Made by a program: the position numbers and the translations under genes. This document shows, in pieces, positions 1-12,225 of a stretch of DNA of 64,000 nt. Position 1 is the stretch's first letter. Each line of letters begins with the position of its first letter. The stretch comes from Takakia lepidozioides (lineage: Eukaryota > Plantae > Bryophyta): the NCBI GenBank assembly GCA_030704615.1, contig CM060731.1, positions 60,636,001-60,700,000 of the forward strand. The letters are read 5' to 3'. The notes under the pieces are model-generated. The model did no database searches. It saw only the letters and a program-made list of their open reading frames with translations, and was not told the origin of the DNA.

Positions 1-300
1 TAACAGGAGCCAAGAGCCCACATTTGCAGGATGGACAAACTTCTTCACATCGTACTTAAAAGAATAAGCCACACCTTGCGATTGCGGTTGCGACTGCGGT
101 TGTCCCACCATCGTGAAGGATCTTTAAAAAACTCATGCCAGCTCTGCTCCGTGCTCCAAGGTAGAGGTTTGTGCTCGAAAATCCGACAGCATCAACATTT
201 TGACAAGGTCCTTTACTGAGGGGTGCTAGTGAGCTTTCAACAACATTCATGCAACTTGTTTTGGGCTCCATTGGGCTCTACACGATGAGCAACAACGAAC
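1..300 (-). CDS. 5' end (exon 1 at 271-75 and start of intron 1) of a third PDF-PPR-DYW paralogue that continues leftward out of the window
   Basis: 1-300 is the near-perfect reverse complement of 1627-1926 and of the corresponding region of copy 2. ORF 56..271(-) MEPKTSCMNVV... is almost identical to the ORFs at 1656 and 24244. The rest of the gene is not visible. Confidence 0.7.
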
Positions 301-342
301 ATGTCCAGACTTACACAGATGCTAACCCAGCTTATGTTTGCA

Positions 343-1218
343 GTCTGGAGATTGTAGAGTGATCTCTGAAAACTATCTTTCAGATTGCTATCTACGGGAT
401 GTGTGCAGGGCGACCACAGCAGCTCCTACATTCTTTGCCCCTTACTATTTCAAGGCAGCTGACGGAAACAAGATTCGAGAATTCAATGCAGTGGATGGTG
501 GGATCGTTGCCAATAATCCGGTAGTAATATAATCTGAACTGATAATATATTGTACTAAATAACACGTTCCTCACTCTTTGCAAAACCGTTTTTGCAATCT
601 TTTCATAACCTTGACTGGTGCTTAGTTCTTACCAACTCTGACTGATATTGGACTGATGACATTATCATATCTGAGTAGTCTAGTGCCATAATCCTTGACA
701 ATACCTAAGTACATTAGTGGTTGTTGTGGTCAGGCCTTTATCTCCGTCACTGAGTTTGCTAGAGCTGAAATTGTTGAGTCCCAGCAGCGACAGGTTACCC
801 CAAAGCTGGTAGGCATTTCTTGTTTGTTCCTTTGAGTTAATAGATTATATGTACTTGAGAAAAACAGAGAGAGTCAGTCCTGCTGCAAGGGTTCCATTAT
901 CAGCCTTCAATTTTCTTGAGTCATTTTCACCCTTGCATCAAAAAGACTCATTATGTAGGCTTCTTTCAGAATCTTTTCCTGAACTGACTGCCCAGATATC
1001 CTCCAGCACTACGAAGATCTTCTGGTCCTCTCTCTAGGTACTGGAGAGAAAGTCGTGAGTTACGACTCTAAGGAAACTTCAAGCTGGGGCATTTCATGGA
1101 TTTACCACAACGGCAGTGTCCCCATATATAATCTACTGTCAGTAGCATCCAACTCGACTACAATCTTTCGACACTCTTTCATATTCAATCCTGCCCAGAG
1201 AACCACCTTCGGATTCAG
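343..1218 (+). pseudogene. Truncated patatin-like phospholipase A (pPLA-II type) gene fragment, about 3 exons
   Basis: Exons encode ...CRATTAAPTFFAPYYF...FNAVDGGIVANNP (DGG motif, GT at 521), AFISVTEF... and ...YEDLLVLSLGTGEK...WGISWIY...; a frameshift near 1155 precedes DYNLSTLFHIQSCPENHLRIQ. The N-terminal GGG/GTSTG exons and the last exon are absent. Confidence 0.8.
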
Positions 1219-1655
1219 GTCGTTATTTGAAACGGGCCATCAACATTGCAGAGTTCCTCCTCCATCGGCCAAAACTGGAACCTTCGCGAAAAACCTTAGC
1301 TTGGGTTTTCGCCTTCTTGCCCGGGCAGCAGCCCGACAAATACTTGGAAATACGTTACGTACTTATTGATATACGGAACGTATACATAGGCAGGTAGCCC
1401 GGGACCCTAGGCCCGGGCCTAGGCTGTAGAATCTTCTTAGGTATGTATCCTAGGCTACATAGATTCTTCACATACCCCAGGCCCGGAACCCCGGGACACG
1501 GGATATTCTAGGAATCTACCCCGGGATATTGGAGTCTTCCCGGGGCCTGGGGTTACTTTGGAAGACCACAGTAGTATCCTTGTTGAAGTTCGGTAAAAGC
1601 ACACGTTTTCTTGAGCAGAGTTTGGAGTTCGTTGTTGCTCATCGTGTAGAGCCCA

Positions 1656-4600
1656 ATGGAGCCCAAAACAAGTTGCATGAATGTTGTTGAAAGCTCACTA
1701 GCACCCCTCAGTAAAAGACCTTGTCAAAATGTTGATGCTGTCGGATTTTCGAGCACAAACCTCTACCTTGGAGCACGGAGCAGAGCTGGCATGAGTTTTT
1801 TAAAGATCCTTCACGATGGTGGGACAACCGCAGTCGCAACCGCAATCGCAAGGTGTGGCTTACTCTTTTAAGTACGATGTGAAGAAGTTTGTCCATCCTG
1901 CAAATGTGGGCTCTTGGCTCCTGTTAGTACCACGATTTGGTATTCTTCCTGATGTTTACAAGGTTCTTGGGAGAGTGAGCTTGGTCTTAGCAGGCCGTTT
2001 TTCGATCTCTGCCTGCTCAGCTGCACCGTGGTGGTTCTCACAGACCAATCCGACATTACCTGACTACAGACACAAGCAGCACACAGAAGAGGTCCTTTTG
2101 GGTTGATGGTCGGTCAAATCCTCCATGGGTCATGACACAAGGTCAGGGACAATATGGTGAGGGCACCTTCTGCTTCGACCTATTTCAGCCTGTTTTGCCC
2201 TCTCATCAGACTCGGCCCTGAGTTTGCATATTGAATTCTGTAAGTTAGCTCGTTGGGTGGATCTTGTGGTGTTTGGAGTGAAAGTTACTGCCGATGTGGC
2301 AGCGGGAAAGTATCCAAAAACAGATAACAGAGAAGAAGAGAATCTTTGGAATGAACACTTTTCCGACCCCAGTCAATGGTGGGACAATGGAGACCAAAAG
2401 GTGAATGCCTGTTGGAAGCAGACGCAAGTCAGCATAGGAACTAGTGTGATAAGTATGGTTGGGGTGTTTGCTGGAAGAATTATAGGCTGTCATTGTCAGT
2501 TGCTAGCAACAAGGCAAGGATGTATGCATGATTTGTGCAGAGGCATGAATAGCTGAAGGAGCAGGGATAGAGTGTGGGTCCAGATTCATCCAGGAGGGCC
2601 AGATTTCAAGCTCCAGATTACCTATGATTCCCTGTGGAAGGGATAGCTACAAGAAACCTGCATGGGTACATAGTCAACTGGACGCCGCAGCAGCAGCGGC
2701 ACCACAATTGATAAAATCAGGCACTGCTAATGAAGGCACCTTCTTCAACACATTTCACCCTGATTTTCCCTCTTATCAGAACCGGCCCAAAATTTCCATG
2801 TTGAATTCTGCAAGTTAGCTGGTTGAGTGAATCTAGTTTGGAGTGACTTTGACATGGTACTGCCAATGACAACAGGAAAATATCGAAAAACAGGTAACAG
2901 AGATGACGAGAAACTGTGGAATGAATACTTTTCTGACCCCAGTCAATGGTGGGACAACCGAGGCAAAAAGGTGAATGGCTGTTAGACTACAGAGAGTAGC
3001 AGACGCAATTCAGCATAGGAACTAGTGTGATAAGCTGAGTTGGGTGTTTCCTAGAACAAATCTAGGCTGTCATTGTCAGCTGCTAGCAGCAAGGCAAGGA
3101 TGTATGCATGATTTGTGCAGAGGCATGGATACCTGAAGGAGCAGGGATAGAGTGTGGGTCCAGATTCATCCAAGAGGGCCAGATTTCAAGCACAAGATTA
3201 CCTATGGTTCCCTGTGGATCAATTGCTACAAGAAACCTGCATGGGCAGATGGTCAACTAAAGGCAGCAGCTGCAGCGGCACAGTTGATAAACTCAGGCAC
3301 CTCAACCATGACCACAGCTTCTGGAAGAGGATCAAGAGAGGCAGTCCACAATGCCTCTTCTGGCACTTCTGGGCATGTGCAGATGCTTTCTGCGGCAGGC
3401 AGACTGAAAGAGGCTCTACAGACTTTAAACCAAGGAGGCATTTCAGCAGATTCAGAAATGTATGTCTGTCTCTTGCATAAGTGCATCAAGGTGAAAGGCC
3501 TGGAAGCTGGAAAGCAGGTGCACACTCACATTATTCAAAGTGGATTCACGCCAAATGTTTTTCTCCTCAACACCCTTGTCAACATGTATGTTAAGTGTGG
3601 GAGCATCATGGATGCTCACCAAGTGTTCAACAGAATGCCTCAACGATCTTTGATCACGTGGAATATAATGTTGGCAGGATTTACCAAGCATGGGTGTGGT
3701 AGGAATGCTTTGGAGACGTATGAGCAAATGATGGGGGAAGGGGTGAAGCCCAACCACGTCACGTTTGTGTGCGTTTGCAGTGCGTGTGCAAGCCTGGCAG
3801 CCCTGGAAAAGGGCAAAGAGGTGCATGGCGACATCGTCAGAGCTGGAATTGTACCAGATGTGATCCTGAACACTGCCCTGGTGGACATGTATGCCAAATG
3901 TGGGAGCATCGAGGATGCAAAGGGAGTGTTCAATAATATGGCTGAACGAAATGTGGTGTCGTGGAGTGCGATGCTTGCAGGGTATGCACAGCAGGGGCGC
4001 GGGATGGAGGCTTTGGAGACGTATGAGCAAATGATGTGCGAAGGGGTGAAGCCCGACCGCATCACGTTTGTGTGCGTTTGCAGTGCGTGTGCGAGCCTGG
4101 CAGCCCTGGAAAAGGGCAAAGAGGTGCATGGCGACATCGTCAGAGCTGGAATTGTACCAGATGTGATTCTGAACACTGCCCTGGTGGACATGTATGCCAA
4201 ATGTGGGAGCATCGAGGATGCAAAGGGAGTGTTCGACAGTATGGCTGAACGAGATGTGGTGTCGTGGAACGCGATGCTTGCAGGGTATGCAAAGCAGGGG
4301 CGCGGGATGGAGGCTTTGGAGACGTATGAGCAAATGATGGGGGAAAGGGTGAAGCCCAACCACATCACGTTTGTGTGCGTTTGCAGTGCGTGTGCAAGCC
4401 TGGCAGCCCTGGAAAAGGGCAAAGAGGTGCATGGCGACATCGTCAGAGCTGGAATTGTACCACATGTGATCCTGAACACTGCCCTGGTGGACATGTATGC
4501 AAAATGTGGGAGCATCGAGGATGCAAAGGGAGTGTTCGACAGTATGGCTGAACGAGATGTGGTGTCGTGGAGTGCAATGCTTGCAGGGTATGCAAAGCAG

Positions 4601-6391
4601 GGGCGCGGGATGGAGGCTTTAGAGACGTATGAGCAAATGACGTGTCAAGGGGTGAAGCCCGACCGCATCACGTTTGTGTGCGTTTGCAGTGCGTGTGCAA
4701 GCCTGGCAGCCCTGGAAAAGGGCAAAGAGGTGCATGGCGACATCGTCAGTGCTGGAATTGTACCAGATGTGATCCTGAACACTGCCCTGGTGGACATGTA
4801 TGCCAAATGCGGGAGCATCAAGGATGCAAAGGGAGTGTTCGACAGTATGGCTGAACGAGATGTGGTGTCTTGGAACGCGATGATTGCCGGGTATGCACAG
4901 CAGGGGCGCGGGATGGAGGCTTTGGAGACGTATGAGCAAATGATGGGGGAAGGGGTGAATCCCGACCACATCACGTTTGTGTGCGTTTGCAGTGCGTGTG
5001 CAATCCTGGCAGCCCTGGAAAAGGGCAAAGAGGTGCATGGCGACATCGTCAGAGCTGGAATTGTACCAGATGTGATCCTGAACAATACCCTCGTGGACAT
5101 GTATGCCAAATGTGGGAGCATCGAGGATGCAAAGAGAGTGTTCCACAATATGGCTGAACGAAATGTGGTGTCGTGGAATGCGATGCTTGCAGGGTATGCA
5201 CAGCAGGGGCGTGGGATGGAGACTTTGGAGACGTATGAGCAAATGATGGGGGAAGGGGTGCAGCCGGACCACATCACGTTTGTGTGCGTTTGCAGTGCGT
5301 GTGCAAGCCTGGCAGCCCTGGAAAAGGGCAAAGAGGTACATGGCGACATCGTCAGAGCTGGAATTGTACCATCTGTGATTCTGAACACTGCCCTCGTGGA
5401 CATGTATGCAAAATGTGGGAGCATCGAGGATGCAGAGGGAGTGTTCGACAGTATGGCTGAACGAGATGTGGTGTCATGGAACGCGATGATCGCAGGATAT
5501 GCACAGCATGGTTGTCATAGGGAGGTCGTGCAACTATTTGAAGGAATGCAAAAGAACGGCTTGAAGCCGGACAGTATCACCTTTATATGTGTTCTCTCTG
5601 CATGCAGCCACGCTGGCCTACTGAATGAAGGAAGACGCTACTTTGATTCCCTGAGTCAAGATCATGGTGTCACTCCAACAGTAAAGCACTTTGGCTGCAT
5701 GGTGGACCTTCTTGGACGTGCGGGACAACTGGATGAGGCAGTGGACCTGATTAATAAAATGCCTATGAATCCAGATGCTGTGGTGTGGAAGGCCTTGCTT
5801 GGTGCCTGCAGAATCCATGGCAATGTGGAGATGGCTGAACGTGCAGCAACATCCATCCTCACATGGGATGAACAGGATGCCGCGACTTATGTGTTGCTCT
5901 CAAACATCTATGCTGCAGCTGGCAGGTGGGATGATACTGCAAAGGTGAGAAGAATGATGAAGGTCAGAGGGGTTAGAAAGGAGCCAGGTCGCTGCTGCAT
6001 TGAGGTTGGCAACAGGGTGCACACCTTCGTTGTAGATGACAAGTTGCATCCCAGAATTAAGGAAATCCACGCTGAGCTGAGAAGATTGTCTGGGCAGATG
6101 AATGAGGCGGGGTATGTGCCTGACACGCGCTTTGTATTGCATGATGTGGGGGAGGAGGAAAAGGAATTTTCTCTTTGCCACCACAGTGAGAAGTTGGCCA
6201 TTGGTTTTGGGCTGATCAGCACGACCCCTAGGACGCCTCTCCGTCTCATCAAGAATCTTCGAGTGTGTGGTGACTGCCACACCTCCACCAAATTCATCTC
6301 AAAGATTGTTGGCCGAACAATTGTTGTACGGGACGCTAACCGCTTTCACCACTTTGAAGATGGGATTTGTTCTTGTGGGGATTACTGGTGA
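1656..6391 (+). CDS. PLS-class PPR-E1-E2-DYW (DYW:PG-type C-to-U editing factor) with N-terminal OSB-type PDF motifs, copy 1. Predicted exons 1656-1852, 2044-~2141/2156, 2303-2400, 2584-~2720, 2876-2970, 3164-6391. One-base frameshift at ~2641.
   Basis: The last exon encodes 23 P/L/S motifs, E1/E2, the PG box, HSEKLA, CGDCH and terminal DYW. Upstream exons splice (AAG|GTGAAT ... GTCCAG|ATT) into WNEYFSDPSQWWDNRGKK|IHPRGPDFKHKITYGSLWIN...KKPAW. The PPR-DYW exon is certain; the 5' exon model is inferred. Confidence 0.85.
2303..3300 (+). repeat. Two tandem ~580-bp PDF-motif cassettes (exon A - intron - exon B - intron)
   Basis: Repeated blocks with exon-B starts at 2584 and 3164 (period 580). 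Introns are also conserved between units. Confidence 0.9.
3700..5510 (+). repeat. Intragenic tandem array of near-identical 303-nt (101-aa) P-L-S triplets
   Basis: The repeat VVSW.AM.AGYA.QGRGMEALETYEQM...HITFVCVCSACASLAALEKGKEVHGDIVRAGIVPDVILNTALVDMYAKCGSIEDAKGVF..MAER occurs about six times with few nucleotide differences. Confidence 0.95.
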
Positions 6392-9300
6392 AAGGATGTT
6401 TTCTTGGAAAGATGCGAGTGTCTTGCTTCATTCAGTGATCTGTGTAGCTACTCAGATCATCCACCATTTCCTGAGGGTATTGACCATGATGTACTGTTGA
6501 GTCCATTTCCTGTTGCATTATCCACGGGAAATGATAGTGGGGTCTACCCGGCATAGGTGGGAAGTCAGCCCATAAGTGCACTTGACTGAAGGGGTGATAT
6601 TGGACTGACTTTGGTGACAGTGGATGGAAATCAGAGTGCTGTCCTAATTCTGGGTTTGGGTGGTGGAGGTTCTCCAAAGCTTGAAGATGGAAGTGAATAC
6701 GAATTTGATGAGCTTGATTAGAGGGGCAGCCCTGTGCACAAGTTTGTTCAGCATCTTAAATTTGCACATGTTTGTTTGTTTCTTGTGGTGTGGCTTTGGA
6801 TGGAGCCCTTGACGAACTTGCATGAATATTGTCAAAAGCTATCCTTAACCCACCAAGATCCAATCCCTTGGTGGCTGCTTGAAAGTTCATGTAGTGATTG
6901 TAAGGGTATTTGGGTATGTTGTAATTCATTTATCCGTCTTCATTCCCTCACACGATAACATCGATCCGTGCATGTTGGAGTTCAAGGTTGGGGGACAGGT
7001 GCCACCCACTTCAGAACACAATTGCTACAGTTGGAGACCAGATTTGGGAGCATGTATGAAACAACTAAGCATAGTTTTATGCAACAATAAGCAATACTGC
7101 CAGTGTCCACCGTCGCAGGTCTCTATCGCCGGTGTGACTCCCAGTGTTCTCAGTAACTACTTGAGCTGCCAATCTCAAACAAGCCAAATTCAAGAAAATC
7201 GAGGTCTTTTTCTCTTGCTTCCAGTAACCGTCAGCATCTCAACATCCCAAAAACGAAGCTTTTGGTCCTTCATGTTGGTTCACTTAATATCAATAAAATT
7301 ACATCCAACTAAGGGATAATTTATGTGAATAATGAGAGGAAGATATACTTACTGCTCCTCCTTTGGTTGTGAGGGCACAGTCAACAGAAGGATTTGTAGC
7401 AAGCCCTGGTGCGATGCTCAATTGGTGCGCAAAGGGTTGGGATTTTAGTTTTCTCGCATGCAAGTTTTGGGATAAAGTAAGCATATAGGAATAATGCCTC
7501 TCAAGTTTGCAGGGGCCTATCCATTAGAGGATGGTCCAGGATTTAAAAAAGGGGATATATGTATCCCAACCTCATGAAAGATAAAATCTATTAAAAGGGA
7601 GTTGACATCTGCGAGTTTGTCAAAACTTATGAAGCCGGTGGTAAGTGTCATGGGCCCCACTGGCTCTTGGAGACCGTTGTAGAATAGAGAACGTTCTAGA
7701 GGGAGCCGGGAAAGTGTTTCAGGAGTTGCGCCAGAACTGTACCAATGTAAGAGCATCCTTCCATGTACCTGGCCCACCATTCAAGGGAGGAAACTGACAA
7801 AAATGGAAGGGTACACTTCTCACTTCCATGCATGGGGTGGCGGGCCGGTGGACGAGTTCCCGTGTCGGTACCGCAGCCCGATAAATGGGAAGAGAAGAGA
7901 GCTCGTCCGCAGAGTATCGCGAATTGACTTGCCTCCCACATCACATTAAATTCAGGCTAACTTGCAGTGTCCTCTACCACCTCATGCTAAAGTCCAAAAA
8001 GAGCACCCGGTCGCCGAGCTCTACCTAGAAGTGGAACCGCGCTCGAGAGCCCAGCTATTTTCTCCAAGCGGTTGGCAAACTCCTCTTTCTGCGGGCCGGG
8101 CTCCTCCACATGGAAGGACGCTCTAAGAGGAGCCTAGTGGAGAGTACCAGAGGCTGCAAAGGCGAAGGGGAGGGAAGAGCATGGAGGCGATGAAAAACAC
8201 CGGCATTGGAGCGGAAGTGTGTGGGAGAGGCCGACCTAAGAAACTCACGACAACAAAGGACGGAGTTGGATCAAAACCTTTTGAGGTGTTGTGTACAGTC
8301 GGCGTTGTAGAATGGGAGGTCGAGGTGCACCTTTTTGAATCGTTAAAAAAAATTATAACAGAAAGTTGTCTTGCTGGGTTTTTGGTTGTACGATGTTCCA
8401 TTTACATTTTCAGATGGTAATCAGAATATTAACTACAAGTACTATTTAGGTTAACAAACTCATAAAAACATATTTAGGTAGGACATATATCCACTGTTGG
8501 GACATACTGTTATGTGTACAAAATTGCGGCAAGTTTGGTTATACACATGGAAAAGGATGTTCCGATACTGTTTAGAAGATTACGGACAACCGCATTTCAA
8601 GTTTTTAAGTCATAATGTCACTGCGCATGGTATGGAAGGGTTGGTATCCTGTGAGCATGCTCACGTGAGCACGCTCACGTGAGCACGGCGTGACTGAGCA
8701 CAACCCGCGGTCATAGGGGTTAAATGTTTTCAAACCGCGGTCATAGGAATTACATGTTAAGAGGCACGGTGCATATGAGTACCTTCAGATTTATTTTCTC
8801 ATTGCGAAAATAACTTTTCTAGAGCTTAAACTGCCCCGGACTGAAAACCACGATTTTTGCTTTTTTGGGGTTTTTTGAGGTATCCGGTTCGCATCGTGAG
8901 GAAACCCCACGCCTATAGGGTACCATGTTTATCGTGTATAGGTGTTACTTGTTTCTTAAGTGATGCTGTGAGGGCCTATGTGAGCAATTAAAAAAAGTTT
9001 CGCAAAGTTTTTAGTTTCTCAATTTTAGTTTCGCTGGAGAATATTTGAAAGGCACCTAGGGAATATCCTTAATATTCGCTTGTTAAAGCCGTCATCACTT
9101 GTTTCAGTTAAAAAATATTATACGAATTATTCTTAATGAACAAATGATATACCATTAAGTGACTTACCTAGGTAGTTTAAAAACTGTAACAATTGATTTA
9201 TGAGTCCAATAGTTAAAGTAGTTGGAGTTTCTCGTTTCCATTTTGCTGTTCAAATTCTGGTGTATGTCAGTGGTCTTCTTTTGTCTTCTTCTTCCAGGCG

Positions 9301-12225
9301 TCCTTAGTATGTGGTAGTCTGTCTAGTGATTTACCCACTCGGTCATCGTTTTCTCTTGCACGACAATCTTCTGTCAGTGTACTAGATGTGGTTTTTCCCA
9401 ACCAACATAGACCTTCACCCTGTTTCTTCTTCTGCAAAGGAACGGCAGGCGTCTGCGTGGCAGAAAGCAATGTGTATTTTTCTGGGTTGTGGTCACCAGG
9501 ACCAGTTTTATCAGAAACAGGTCATTTGCATTTAGCTCTGAAAGACGCCCATATGTTGTACTGGCAGGATTTGTCGAGCCTGCTGCACTCCAAAACTTGT
9601 AGGTTCACCGAGGCAGTTCACAATGATCACTCATGAACATCAATGGAGGAATGCAATGCGTGCAAGTGGTGCGAAGGAGATCATTTGTAGGAGGGCTGGC
9701 AAAATATTGTACCGGGATCCAAGAAGTTGTAGGAGGGTAGTTAATCTCGAAGGCAGAGCATCCAGAGGCCGTAATCGTGGCATTCTCAACTGTTCAACTT
9801 CAAGTGTGTTTGGGAATGAAAGGTGGCAGCTGGAGGTGGTTACCAGTGTTGGTCTGGTATGGGTATCAGACCCGAGTATCAATGCTGGTATCAAGGACCA
9901 GAGGTCCAGCCTGGTCTTCAAGTTCTACATACCAGGTCATATACCAGACCAGGCTGGTATCCGATTTCTCATACCAGCCACAATACCAGTACCCCCTCCC
10001 CTACTTCTACAAAGGAATTAATATGGGAGTAAAAAGAAAAAAATTCGCCAAAAAGTGCCAATGGTTAAATATTAGGAGCCAGATTTTTCCTACGTGGACA
10101 TGTTAAAATGTGACACCTGTTATATAGCCACTTTTTAAACCTTGCCGCATTGTTATTCTCGCCACATGGGCGCTGGGTAGAATATAATGTGACCCTTGTG
10201 GCGATTTTAGAAAAAAAAAAAAAAGACATTGTTGAGAAGCCTCTAGTGGGCTCCATTGTCAAATCTCCACACCTTGCCTTGTCCAAGGCTGCCATCCCAC
10301 CTGACGCTTGAAAATGGTACATCAGGATAAATTACTTATCATTATCCTAATTTATCCATTAGTAAATTGGGATAAATGATTTATCCGCAGGAAACATTGG
10401 TTTACACCTCCAAAGATGCGGTACATTCGGTGACCAAACAAACTAAAGTGGATTATGATTTTTTCATCTCCAAAATAAATTCGAAGTCCTAGAAGCGTAT
10501 CCATAATTCCTCCGCTCCGTTCCTCGGTCTCCTATTCCTGCTCCCCTCCTCTCGCATATATAAGCAAGGGCTAGGAGGTGGTTCTTTTTCTTTTTCTTTT
10601 TCTTTTTGGAGAGAAAGGGGAGGAGGAATATTAGTGAAGGATAAATGAAAAGGGAGTCCTCAACTCTTCTTTCTCTTCAAATCCTGTAAACCAGCCCAAC
10701 TATTACACCAAAAAATGACCACCAAAAAAGAATGGGCCGAACACAAAAATCTATTGATTTACCGATCGGGTATATAAATTTGCTTACTTGCCTTGAAGAA
10801 AGAGGTTGGAGGTTTCTTAGGTAATTATAGTGAGAGGAGAAAAGTCATTATCCTTACTATAAGTTATTTACCCTCACCCTTATGATAAATTTGGCCTTTA
10901 TTCTGGAGATTAAATAAATCATCAAATTTTTATTTACCCCTATCCGGAGTATAAATAATTGAACCTATAAATAATTTATACTTAGATTCCGGAGGATGAA
11001 TAATCTTCTAATTTTTAATTACCCTTACTTGGAGGATAAGCAGAAATAAATATTAACCCTCACAACGACGCATGTTGTTTAATCACCAAACCTCATACAA
11101 AGAGGGCCTGATTTGTGAGCGGTTGCTCCAACGTATTTCCTCTAAAGAAAAAGAATCATTCACCGCACATAAAGCACTTTGAAATATTTCTCTTTGTTTT
11201 TATCTGCTCACCAAGAGCAGATTGGCGTGCTTGGTGAGGGCGGTGCAATTCCACTGCCGGACTTTTTCTTTGCAACAAAAATCGGAAATAACAAACATAA
11301 AAGCGGGCATTGAGTAGAGAATAAAAAGAAGCGCCATGCCCTAGTCGAAAAGATTGGGAAGGCGGAAAGAAATCTTTCGCGTGCTTTATGTAGGGGAGTC
11401 CCCTTGCTGTCGGGCATTCCTCGATTTTAGAGCACTGCCTTCTGGTAGAAAGGTGGACACATTTGTGACACCAAGGATGGATTGAAACCACAACCACTTT
11501 CGAGGTGGTATGTGCGCATTACCACTCGGCTACAACTTGGTTGTCCTAGTGCCCTCCACTTGGGCCTTCCCCTATACCTAACCACCAAATGCAATCCCCT
11601 GCTAGGGTAGCGTGTGCGGCTGGCCCAAGTGTTCAGTGTCATCCAATCATTTCCAGGAAAGCCCACTTTTATATTTTCACGAACTTCCCGCGACCAAAAA
11701 TACTTGAAATTCCATATCTCCCACACCGCAGGTCCAAAAATTATGAGACGGTGCACCCATCCTCATCGAGGGCTTTCCAACTGTACCAAGCACCAGGGCT
11801 GGGCCCGTGGGACGTGGGATATCAGCCCCGCGGTTTGGGAGATCTCAACGCTACAAAACAAACAAAACAACAAACTACGCTTCATATATTACCCAGCTTT
11901 TAATCTTTCCATCAGCCCTCGGGCAGCAGGACAAGGGGTGGGGATAGGACTGGGGGTCGGGATTTGACAGCGGTGCTCCTCACGACGACTACAGTCCCGG
12001 TAGACCCGCGCCACAAAGAAATACTAGAGGATGGAGTTTTTTTTTTTTTTTAATAATTGTTAACTTGAAAGGAAGATGGAGTTACAGTGGCCGCTATATA
12101 TGTAGTGGAAAGCTTCCGCAGGTTATGAGTTATGAGACCTCAGCCAAACAGCTTTCTATTACTACGCCACAGAATCCGTCAGAGGACTAACGGAGGCGGC
12201 GCGCCTGCGGTTTTTCGTTACCACA

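Noticed and set aside
3152-3163. ORF-track start MWVQ for the 1079-aa PPR proteins (also at 26912)
   Set aside because: It is a GTG inside the intron just before the CAG acceptor, not a eukaryotic start codon.
5978-6391. U-to-C (DYW:KP-type) editing factor
   Set aside because: It has a PG box, HSE and terminal DYW, and lacks the HAE and GRP/DRH features associated with the KP class.
9840-11950. Several low-complexity blocks with short recurring motifs (ATACCAG, GGATAA, AAAAC)
   Set aside because: Likely non-autonomous transposon remnants, but I could not define paired termini or TSDs.
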